A stretch of 64,000 bases of DNA from Bugula neritina. Taxonomy: Eukaryota > Animalia > Bryozoa. The notes below the pieces were generated by a model that made no database searches, had not been told where the DNA came from, and worked only from the letters and a program-made list of their open reading frames with translations. The translations under genes were made by a program, and so were the position numbers. Where the stretch lies: NCBI GenBank assembly GCA_964035545.1, contig OZ037767.1, positions 2,553,680 to 2,617,679 of the forward strand, written 5' to 3'. Positions 33,101 to 45,300 of the stretch are shown one piece after another; the stretch's first letter is position 1; each line of letters opens with the position of its first letter.

Positions 33101-34689
33101 TTTTCCGTTGATGTATTAAAATATTTTACAGTAAACGCCGTTATCCATTAACCTGTTACCTAGTTACCAGTAAGCACTGTTGCCTAGTAACCCGTTACCT
33201 AGTTGCCAGTAAACGTTGTCACCTAGTAACCTCTTACCTACCTACCAGCAAATGCTGTTACCTAGTTACCAGTGAACATTGCCACCTAGTAACCTGTTAC
33301 CTAGCTACCGGCAAATGCTGTTACCTAGTTACCAGTAAACACTGTTACCTAGTAACCTCTTACCTAGTTACTGGTAAACATTGTTACCTAGTAACCTGTT
33401 GCCTAGTTACCAGTTACCAATAGCTTATGATGACTCATGCTTATGGTAGCTACTAATACTTTTGATTTAACCAATTACAGGATACATAAAAAGTTACTGC
33501 GGATCTTCAAAACATTGAGAGCCAATCAGCCACAGCTCAAACTACTCAAGAGCTATGTGTTCAAAAATCTGCTGTTTTATTCTTCCAAGTTAAAGGACCG
33601 AGAATGGAAAGAAAAAGACTTGGCTAACCGGTAACCAGTTTTTTTATTTAAGAGGTAATTTTGTGCGATGTTCTTTAGAAAACTTATGTTGAATTAAAAC
33701 CAAAAGCCTTAGCAGCCATTTTAGCAAAGGTTGCCTTCCAATACTAAGTTACTTAACGATTACTGGTTGTGTAGTTGTTTGCGACTGTTTTTTAGTTTTA
33801 TCGACATGGTGATTGCACTGAGAAATTGCCTTGCAGCTCACAAGTTGCCTGCATTCTTTGATGAGAAAATTAATCTGCTGAGTCAAAAGGCAGACGAGTA
33901 TAAAGAGGAGCACTTGAAACACATTGTGGGGTATTTGAGAAGAATTGCAAATAAAGGTAAGACATCATTGTGAAGTACTAGAATAGACAGCTAATTGAAG
34001 TTAAGACATCATTGTAATGTGTGTGAGAAGGATTTTGGATAGAAGTAACACATTGAATCTTTTAGAAATCATTTAGAAAAGTTTTAAAAAGTTAAGCTGC
34101 ATATAAATAACAAATTATGTAGGCGAGATATGAAATCATTTTCATGATATTGAAAGGTTGTTTTGATGTGTTGAAACTTTCTCCATTAGGGATAGAAGGG
34201 TATATGGAGCTTCTCTCCGTCAAACCGCTGCCTTCACCACCTCCAACTAAAACTAGAGCAGCAGACCATGGAGATGCTCCGCCTACTAAGAAGGCACTGG
34301 TTCAAGGGGAGACAACTGGGAAAAATTCGGCAAACAAACAGCAAACAGTAAATAACAAAACTACAACAAAGAAGCCATTTGCAGAGAATAAAAAGTCTTC
34401 GAAGAAATATATCGAGAGCGCTGGAAAGAAGAAGTATTTGAATCGCCCTTCAAAAAAGTTCGGGAAAATGAGAAGACGAGTCCAGAAAAGTTCAGAGAAG
34501 TCAGATAATCAGAGTCTGGTGGGAAACCTGGTGAGTCATAGCAGTGAAAAGAGCAAGAGGAGGCAACAACAGCAATCAAGGAAGGAGAGATCTTCTGCTG
34601 GGAAGGAGAGATCTTTTGCAATGAAGGGAAGACCTTCTGCAGGAAAAGAGAGGTCTTCTGCTAGAAGTCAATTTAATTTAGTAAGTTAA
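30174..34689 (+). CDS. cGAS-like receptor (cGLR; Mab-21/cGAS-DncV-like nucleotidyltransferase), about 581 aa. Exons 30174-30381, 30701-30861, 31095-31217, 32069-32373, 32644-32781, 33481-33630, 33796-33956, 34190-34689
   Basis: NTGSAYERVQAGEPKDFDVLFFL corresponds to the cGAS GSxYE..P.[E/D]FD motif; GPATTL..FTIDLV supplies the third acidic residue; also FVAKP, LWRKAYSRSE, LLRIFKTLR, LLKSYVFKNLLF, W..KDLANRF and CLAAHKLPAFFDEKINLL (Mab-21 C-lobe). Phases are consistent. Confidence 0.9.
31382..31768. mobile_element. MITE with about 45-bp TIRs and an internal inverted repeat
   Basis: AGGTCCCCAATGTCCCTCTCACAATTAAGAGTTGTGACCTCCCAAA versus the reverse complement of TTTGGGAGGACACAACTCTTAATTGTAAAGGGGATATCGGGACCT. 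Internal inverted repeat at 31444-31482 / 31503-31541. Confidence 0.8.
33150..33420. repeat. Degenerate minisatellite (GTTACCTAGTTACCAGTAAACACTGTTACCTAGTAACCT-type, about 39-nt period) in cGLR intron 5
   Basis: Directly visible repeated GTTACCTAGT(A/T)AC units. Confidence 0.85.
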
Positions 34690-35784
34690 TAGTAAATACA
34701 ATGTTTCAGCAACCAGCCTCAGTTATGTAATTAAAAGCATTCAGTATAAAGTTTTTATGCAATTTGTATAGATTCTAGCAAATAATAGAATTTACTGAAA
34801 GTGAAAATATCCTCAATATAACTTCATGAGCCTTTAATTTGTTTAGCTTTAGTACTCATTTTGTGTAGCTCTAGTACACATTACGCGTAGTTTTTAGTAC
34901 ATAAGATTGCTCTGCACTTTATTACAATGTGTGTGTGTGCGTGTTTGTATGTATATACATATATATGTGTGTGCATGTGTCTACCTCTTTGAACAAAGCA
35001 GTTCAAGATATGCTAAATGGAATCTTGTTTTCAGAATGATAACTTCATGGATCTTTTGGAAGAGATGATAGAGAGCCTATAACAGCTGGGGGTTGTAGAG
35101 GACTCTATGTTTGGTATTGAATTCATGGTACTAGCATTATAAATAAAGCAATACATTAATGGTTCTACTGTATATTATGATAGCATGCATGCATTTAATC
35201 AGTTATCAGGATATTTCTGAATTAATGCTTTATATTTTGTTAATATTTTCACTTTTTTAGATTTTATTATATTATCAATTTTTGCTACACCATATTACTG
35301 TTATATAAGTTATGCAATGCTTAGTTTTAATTGTTTTTAATTAAATATATATACATATACAAAATAATATAGTATAGTTAAATTTAATCACATGAAAAGA
35401 CAAAGTTATCGAAAAAATTTATTGTGTAATCTTTTGCCAGGCATTCTATTACATGTCATTTTAAAACTGTTGAGAATTCTTATAATATTATTATAAGTAC
35501 AGGTGAGATTCTATGAATTACATAAAAACTGAAATTCCCATTGTAAGAGTAGCTAGTGTAACAGCTAAGTCAGGTGATCAGAATTTCACTGTAAATAAAT
35601 TATTTTATTATAACAAATATATATTAAAAATACAACTCATTGGCTGTCCTTCGCATCCAAAGATGACAAAAATAGAAATAAATGTAAAAATAAAACTAGT
35701 GTATAAAACTAAATTTATCCAATTATGAGATTTTACAGCTGAGAACAAAAATAAATAGCAATAAAATTTAGTCAATGGAGATAT

Positions 35785-36310
35785 TATAGAGGGTACTCTA
35801 TGAGTATATAGAGGGTACCCTATGAGGATATAGAGGGTACTCTATATGAGGATATAGAGATTACCCATGAGGATATAGAGGGTACTCTATGAGGGTATAG
35901 AGATTACCCCATGAGGATATAGAGGGTACCCTATGAGGATATAGAGGGTACTCTATGAGGATATAGAGGGTACTCTATGAGGGTATAGAGATTACCCTAT
36001 GAGGATATAGAGGGTACTCTATGAGGATATAGAGGGTACTCTATGAGGATATAGAGGGTACTCTATGAGAATATAGAGGGTACCCTATGAGGATATAGAG
36101 GGTACTCTATATGAGGATATAGAGATTACCCTATGAGGATATAGAGATTACCCCATGAGGATATAGAGGGTGTAAAATAATTGCCACCACTGGGAATCGA
36201 ACCCGAGTCCTCTGGCTTGCAAGCAAGTGTGCTACCATTACACCACAGAGGCCACTGGGTAAACTCAACACTACAGAGGGTACTCTATGAGGATATAGAG
36301 ATTATCCATT
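35785..36310. repeat. About 22-nt minisatellite (GAGGATATAGAGGGTACTCTAT) just 3' of the SLC5 stop codon
   Basis: About 19 visible units, interrupted by a family-A element. Confidence 0.9.
36172..36274 (-). mobile_element. tRNA-derived interspersed repeat, family A (copy 2), inserted into a 22-nt minisatellite
   Basis: Minus strand reads TGTGGTGTAATGGTAGCACACTTGCTTGCAAGCCAGAGGACTCGGGTTCGATTCCCAGTGG. AGAGGGT flanks both sides. Confidence 0.75.
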
Positions 36311-36374
36311 GGGATGTAAAGGTTTACCACATGGGTATGTAGAGATTCTAACAATGTTACAACTTTGAGTAGGT

Positions 36375-39300
36375 TTAAGCGTAGAAGCCCCACACAAATG
36401 CTGTTGCTATCATAAGAGTCATGGCTAATATGTTGACTATAGTACTGTGGCAGGGGTTCTCATCAATACTCATATTGACGCTGGAAATGGTCTCTTGCTT
36501 GGAAGATGAATTCCTTAGGCGTTCAATGCCGCATATCCAGTATAACGCTCTCTTATAGCAAGGTGATTTGTCTGAAACACAATAAATATTGTTGTTAATT
36601 TTATATACTCGGTAGTTTATAGCTATATATCTAGTTGTGTTAGTATTAGCATGAAAAAAGAAAAGTCTAGATTATTGTTACAAGCTCACCTTCTACTGTA
36701 ACATCTTCAGCAACATCCTCTTCTACATCCATGTATTCATTTTCGTCTCTATCTTTTTTCTCTTTAAGTGGTAAAGTAGACCCATTCAGAGCTTCTTCGT
36801 CCTCTTCACTCGCACCGACTGATCTGTTGCTAGCTATTGTCGACTTGGAGTCGTTCTCCCTACCTTTACCTTCAATCGGCACTCTTTCTCCCTCCTCAAA
36901 CCGAGAGCAATAAGTGAGCCGTTTCAACTGTTATGATAAAAATATAAAATAGGTTGCTTCATTGCAAATAAAGTTTGTAGATTTAACCTAGATTACAAAG
37001 AGTACAGCTACCTCTGCCAATTGCTTGAGCTATGGGCATCAAACGGAGATAAATGGAAAAAGTTAGTTGAAGTCAAGTTGGAAGTGGGCGTGTCCTACAA
37101 CTTCTAACCCAATCAAACTATAGCCTATATGGTTTTAATTGAAATTCAAATAATAATAGAGAATACAACTTCCATATAACAAAATTAAGTATTATATGAT
37201 ATTTGTAAATTATATTTTATAATAATATTGAATGCTATTACATAATAATAATCAAAACCATAGTGCATTAATTATATTTAGTATTATTTTGATATTAAGC
37301 ACCATATTGCTGTATAAGAATAATAAATGCATAATATTTACTCACGTGCTTCTCATGGATTGGTTTAGTCAGGAGGCTGATGGAAATTGTCACTATACAC
37401 ACAATAGCAAAGAGAATACATCCAAAATGGAGGTAATGAACTTTGGTAATTATAGCAGGTCGTGTATCAGTTTCTCCACAAGGGGGCGCTGGTCCGTAGC
37501 TAAACTCCCACACAAACCTCACCAAACCAACTGCTAGTCCAACCATTAGACCCCAGAATGCTCCCTATGCAAAATTTATAATATTTATGTGGTTATGCTG
37601 TAATTATAATCTTTTGTCCTCCTTCATATTTAAAATCCAAAGTACTGAAAAACTCATGCAGGATGATATGCTTATCAACTGTTTTAAAAACAAACCTACC
37701 CATAGATGCGTATATTAAAAACCAGCTATAGCCAGAGTAGGAAGTATGCCATATTTCATGTCCTGCAGTGAATTTTACTCACGTGTTCATTGATTCTCTT
37801 CCATGAAATAGCGAGTACATAGACCGCACACACTGGAGGGGCCAGGAAGGAAGTGATTCCCTGAATGTAGTGGAACAACTCCGAAATGTTCTGTATGATG
37901 GGTATCCACGCAATGCTGATGGCCACAATGATCACCACAAAAACTCTGCACCAAAAACATAAAATTATCTATCAATCTATATCATTTCTTTCAAACAAGA
38001 TTGCATGAAGTAGGACTGGTGGCTTTATTTTTCAGCTTTCAAAGCTAAGCGTTTGTCAACAACAAGCCGTTAGAAAGCAACCTGTATCACATCTAAAAGG
38101 GTCATGGGATGTTTTCAAGGATAAGCTAGATACAATGATAAGTCAAGTTTAGATTTTCTTGATATTCAATGAAGTTTCAATGTGTAAACAAATATGGAAA
38201 AAATAAAAAACCAAAAGCATAGGTTATTTAATTTAGTTCATATTTTTACTCGGGTTTTGTATGTTATGTTATGTCATGCATTATACATGTTTATTTAAAA
38301 TAGAAGTCTTTATGGTTGCCCAAGAGTTTAGAATATTATAAATTAAATTCAATATTATGACAACTTGTTAGTAAATTAATGGCTATAAGTAGTACTAGAT
38401 ATCTTTGAGTTATTAGCTATACAGCAGCTCCTACTACTCATCAGGTAAGTTTAGATTATGAAACTTCATTTGATTGGTCAATTACAGACTCTAGTGCTAA
38501 CAAAGACATTATATTTATCTGATTACAAATAACATAATTAGTCATTGATTATTCATTACTTAGAAATTATTGAGTCTCGTGTGCAATATTCACACACCTG
38601 CATTCACGTATGATTGCGTTAAGGTTGCTAGAAACAAAGGCCTGCGTTGTGAAAACAAAGCTTTTGTTTAAGGTCAGCTGAGTTTAGGACATGCTGACTG
38701 TTTAGAAAAACAAGCAAACAATTCCAAACAAATTCCATTGGCTATTAAAGATAATTATTGAACTCTTTCCACTGAGTGAATGCATCGAGAGCAAAACAGA
38801 ATGAATCATATAAGGATGGCCGGAAAATAGTCATTACTATAAATAGCTCTCAAATGCTGCCATTAGCTAAAAACTTATCATATTTTCTATTTTATTAATA
38901 TAATAACGTAATGACGTATAGTGGAATCTGGGAATCACCTATAGTCATAACATAAGGGTTTCGGCTTACTGTACTTTGTGTAATGAGACTGGAGTTTAAA
39001 CTTGCATACTATCACAACTCTAAGAGAACAAGCGGGGCCTATGCATCTAATGATACTCCATGGTTATAAGCTCAACAAATTACTTTCTTTCTTTCACGTT
39101 AGATTTGATGTTGCTTGTTTTAATATTAGTTTTACTGGTAATTTTTCAATACAGTTATGACAGTGTTACGTGACAATTTATGGAACTACCAGCATTGTCT
39201 CAACAATTACTCAACAATTATTTGGTTTTAAAAATTGATTGATAATTTACTAATACTCTAACACTCAAAAAACTCTTTTAACTTAATAATTCTTCATTTT

Positions 39301-42300
39301 TCATTTAAAATACTAAAACAATTTCTGACTGCTCCTACCTCCCGACTATCATCAACTCCGTTTCTGTAGCAGCTTTCCTAAACTGTCGCCAGATGTCTAG
39401 AGTGAATATTGTAGAACTGCTGTTGAATATTGAAGTTAACGAAGACATCAATGCTGACATCATTACCGCCAACATCAATCCTACAAGTCATTAAAGGATG
39501 AAATACAATTACATAACACAATTTGGGGTATACACTTTTCAATATCAATTATCAATATCAATTCATGCCTTGACATTGGAAGTAGCACTGCATGCACTGC
39601 GATTCTAAGCTTCGAATTATGGGAATAGATTTTGGAAACAGTGGAGGGAGCAGCCGTGGTCGAGGGGTTAGAGCGTTTGCCTAGTAAGCTGGAAGTCATG
39701 GGTTCAATCCCCAGTAAATGCCATTGATGATGTTAGGAAAATCATTCAGTCCTAATTACATATAAATAAGTCCTCGGGCCCCCTATAACAAACACCCTTT
39801 CATCAGGGGGGTTTTCTCACAATGATGGTGACTATAAACTTGCGTGAGTTTTTTTCTTTTGAAAACAGTTGCATCAAATAAAACTACAACCATGTTTTCA
39901 TGCAAACTCCAGCCACAAATTCATCGTATGAGCAACCATTCACAGAATGTGAAGTAATGGAAACCAAGGCTGTTGTCTGAAAGTGCATGTGTCGAAACTT
40001 TGCCCTTGACATAAATTGTGAATACACACCTCTAGCACCAGCAGGAAGTAGCTTAACTACCAGAAGTGGATACGCTATATTAGTACATCCTGCTTTATTA
40101 TCACATATTTCCTTACAGGATTCTGGGGTGGCACATCCAACAAGTTCTACATAATATAATACACATAATACTACATAATATAATACACATAATACCACAT
40201 AATATAATACACATAATACTACATAATATAATACACATAATACCACATAATATAATACACATAATACTACATAATATAATACACATAATACTACATAATA
40301 TAATACACATAATACTACATAATATAATACACATAATACTACATAATATAATATGAAACAATACACTATAAATGTTATTGAAATGCATGCATGTAATTTA
40401 TATTGAACTATTATACATAATATTAGTAATATTAGTAATATTACACATATTATTAGTAATATTTTATATTACCAGTACATATAATATTACACAGTATTGC
40501 ATGTGTGTTATTAAAATGTGATTTATACTGAACTAAAAATGTTTATATACATTCATAGAAATGCTTATCAAATAAATAGAAATTTGAAATCTCAATTTTG
40601 GAATAGACATTCCAAACTCAACCGTAGTTCTAAGATATATTAAAAGCTGTCTATTTTTAACTCAGACAGCCAACTCTTGCAGCTTTACCTGGAAAGAGTA
40701 GCCTAGAGATCATGCCAGGAAACACCATGATAAAGAGGGGGAGCATCTTGAGACAGCCTGCCAGCACCACTCCAGCCTTCACGTGTATCATGTTCTTAGC
40801 GGCCAGAGCTCTCTGCACAATCACTTGGTCAGAGCACCAGTACCAAACACTTGAGATGGTGAGGCCAAAGACTACTCCGGTCCACGGTAGGGAGGGGTCA
40901 GTAACCGCCCGCATCAAGTGGAAAGAATTTTCTGGAGTCTTGCCTACAGGTACATATTGTAAAAATTATGTGTTACGGAGAAGATAGTTATAACTCAGTA
41001 GGTTACTAGTCCACTTTAGGAAGTCACTGTGCTCTAAACCCTAACCAATAGTTGCAAACCCATTTTATTTACATAAAGTTCTGTAGCTGGTGTTATGCAC
41101 TGTTTACTTTATATTAAAATATCAATATATTATCAATTATATACAAATACTATTTTGCACGACAGTAGCTGTGGGATATGCAATATCATGCAGGTTGTAA
41201 ATCAAGTATCATGACTGCAACAGTCAGCATTCTACCGACCACAGTATGTTCTACCTACCACAGTATGTTCTACCTACCACAGTATGTTCTACCTACCACA
41301 GTATGTTCTACCTACCACAGTCTGTTCTACCTACCACAGTATGTTCTACCTACCACAGTATGTTCTACCTACCACAGCCTGTTCTACCTACCACAGTCCT
41401 TTCTACCTACCACAGTACGTTCTACCTACCACAGTATGTTCTACCTACCATAGTATGCTCTACCTACCATAGTATGCTCTACCTACCACAGTATGCTCTA
41501 TCTACCACAGTATGCTCTACCTACCACAGTATGTTCTACCACAGTATGCTCTATCTACCACAGTATACTCTACCTACCACAGTATGTTCTACCTACCACA
41601 GTCTGTTCTACCTACCACAGTACGTTCTACCTACCACAGTATGTTCTACCTACCACAGTATGCTCTACCGACCACAGTATGTTCTACCTACCACAGTCTG
41701 GTCTACCGACCACAGTATGTTCTACCTACCACAGTCTGCTCTACCTACCACAGTATGTTCTACCACAGTATGTTCTACCTACCACAATCTGCTCTACCTA
41801 CCACAGTATGTTCTACCACAGTATGTTCTACCACAGTATGTTCTACCTACCACAGTATGTTCTACCACAGTCTGTTCTACCTACCACAGTATGCTCTACC
41901 TACCACAGTATGTTCTACCTACCACAGTATGTTCTACCACAGTATGCTCTACCTACCACAGTATGTTCTACCTACCACAGTATGTTCTACCACAGTATGT
42001 TCTACCTACCACAGTATGTTCTACCTACCACAGTATGTTCTACCACAGTATGTTCTACCTACCACAGTATGTTCTACCGACCACAGTATGTTCTACCTAC
42101 CACAGTATGTTCTACCACAGTATGCTCTACCTACCACAGTATGCTCTACCTACCACAGTATGTTCTACCTACCACAGTATGTTCTACCACAGTATGTTCT
42201 ACCTACCACAGTATGTTCTACCTACCACAGTATGTTCTACCACAGTATGTTCTACCTACCACAGTATGTTCTACCACAGTATGTTCTACCTACCACAATC

Positions 42301-45300
42301 TGCTCTACCTACCACAGTATGTTCTACCACAGTATGTTCTACCTACCACAGTATGCTCTACCGACCACAGTATGTTCTACCTACCACAGTATGTTCTACC
42401 ACAGTATGTTCTACCTACCACAGTCTGCTCTACCTACCACAGTTTGCATACATCCTCATCTCATCAGTCACATTACCACTGCTGTCATTCTGACTCATCA
42501 TAGAGTCATACTCTCTGGTGATGTTGGGCCAGGCAGCTGGAGAAAGGAACTTTTCTTTAATGCCTTGGTAACCACCCACTTTGGGATCCATGAAACCTGT
42601 TGATTAAGAAAATACGGCATAACATTGTTTTATAGTAATAGATGTATCATTGTATAGAAATAGTTAACTACCAACATTGCTTTATATATACTAATTATAG
42701 AGAACGGTTAGTTTAAACAAATGTGACAAAAGTTATTAATGTTAATCTTTAAAGAATTTTTCTTGCAGCTTTCATTTTAAAAAAGGTATGAACGTTTCCA
42801 TTTAATTACAACTGCATTTCATTTTCTCATGAACAAATTCACCATTAGCTCTGAAAAGTAACAAATAAATATAATTTTATGGGCACTCAAAGGTAAGTAT
42901 ATGTATATCTGCAACTTACTGATAGCCATGAGTACAAAAGCACCTATCACCATGATGAGCACCTGAACAAAGTCGGTCCAGATTACTGCACTGAGACCAC
43001 CTTCAAAGAAACAGTGAAGAAAATCTGACTATTAAGTGTGACTACTCTATGCGTGCTGTCTAGTTCTACATTACACTGCTACTCTATGTGGACTATCTAG
43101 TTCTACATTACATTGCTACTTATTTGAAACACTCTAGTTGGATCCACTGATCCTATGATATTATAAAATGACGTTAACCCGTAGCCTTAAAATAAGCAAA
43201 GGTTATTAAATCTATTTAATTTGTAATTGTTAAAACTTTTCAGTCTACTAATTAAGCTAGGAATGCATTATTTTACACTAATATGGAAAATACTTTACCT
43301 CCAACGGTAAAGAGCATAGACAGGACGAGTAAGGCAATGACGGAAGGCCATATGTTCCACCCAATACTCTGTTTGATGAAAATAGCACCAGCAAACAAAT
43401 CAGCCTACAACAAACATAAACAACTAGTTGGCTGTAAATATAAAACATTTGAATAGTTGCCAAGTAAAATTTGCTTATTGCAACTATTAAGTTAAAAAGT
43501 TCCACGAAACCACAAGAAAAGCATTTGAATTAGAAAAGTGAGAGAATATAAATTGTCTTTCAACAGTTACTCTTGTTTGTAAAGTCTCAAGCTTTAAGCT
43601 AATGATTTAAAAATGGCCGAAAAAGGATAAAATGATCAAGATTAGCAACATTTCAATTAAAGATTAGCAAATTTACACAGCAATAATTATTATTGTTTTT
43701 CTTAAATTTGCTCAGCATAAGCTTTTGTCTTTACCAAACAGAATTATTGTATCATGATCCTAAAGCTAACTTCTCAATGTTGCTATTTTTATATTATGTG
43801 GCAGACAGCTTGGCAGCAATTTGCGTAATCAATGTGCTGACATACTTGAGGGAGTGAATTCTTCTCTCGGGACACAGTGACTCTACTTATCTATTTATAG
43901 CTTTAGTGTTTGATTGGGACACACTGATTTCATTTACTTATTCATAGCTGTAGTATTTTATTGGAACTACTAACCGATATTTTAGTGAAGACGTACAGAA
44001 GTACTGCGAGAACCGCCAAGTAAACTCGTATCCGTGATCCTCCAAACCTGGTCTTCAGGTACTCCGGCATGGTGAACACCTGCAGTGAGTGACAGGAGTT
44101 TGAGACTGTGTGACAATGGCTACACACAGTACATATACACATACACATGCATATATATACATGTACATACACATACATACACATATAACATACACATACA
44201 CAAATACACACATACACACATACACACATACACACATATACATATACATATACACACATGCACACGCAAATATTATGAGTTTAATTGAAATAAAAACATT
44301 TAGAAGTGCAAATAATTCAAATTTATAATTAAAAATTGATGTAATAACTGTAAAATAACATTATAAATTTATCCAAAATACAAGTGGTGACTTTATCTTC
44401 ATAAAAATTCTTATAAACTTGGAAGAAACTTGGGTTTTAGATTTGCTGCATAGCCTATGCTATTATATACGGTATCTCCAAAACATTCATTTAATTTTCT
44501 GGACAAAATGGTGATTGAGTGAGGAAACAGGGGGGGGGGAGAGTGGAGGCGGCTTGTTGACCTTTGTTCAATGCCATGCACACGGTAATTAAAATATGCA
44601 AGAATAGTCTGGTACTTGTGTACTTACTCCTGCAGAAATGTAGACTGGTACAAACACCCATCCCAGCAACATCAATATGAAAACTGCCTGCAATAAACAA
44701 GAAATACAACTCATTTTCTGGTGCTCAGGCTAGGGAGGGTGGTTACACAATCGGCTGTATATTATGTAATAATTAGTGATATCTTGCATGTAAGCTGAAC
44801 TTCTAGGATTACAGAATTATCTTTCCTAAGAGCTCTTCTATTTATACAAGTAAGTAATTAATATTTATGAATAGAGCCAGCTGGATGCTTGGAGAGCTAA
44901 ATATATATAATCATAGACTGTCTTAATATTAGATGGCTGTGTGCCAACTACGTCATGAGGCTGTCTAAGGAGTTACTGGAACGAAACTGTTAGAATGGTG
45001 ATTGCACAATAGCTTGCTTGCCAGCACTGAACTGAATGGAAATGAAGTCAGAGTAAAAAAATGTATGCTTTTTAGTGACTCACAAAGAAAGTGAAACTTC
45101 ACCTTTTTTTACATCCTTGATGCGTTACAATTCCATCTTCCTGGTAATTTACATTCATTCATTTCACAAAAGAAGCGGAATGGCAATATTTAATTACCTA
45201 TAGGGGAAACTTCCAAGACTAGCTGAACTTTGGCAGCATTCCAACTTAATAAATATTTAATGCCAATTATAGAAACAGTTTACAAATTATTGATGAATTA

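Noticed and set aside
41178-42603. Long overlapping plus-strand ORFs (up to 415 aa, [19 protein letters not shown] repeats)
   Set aside because: Translations of a stop-free minisatellite, antisense to an SLC5 intron and open in all three frames.
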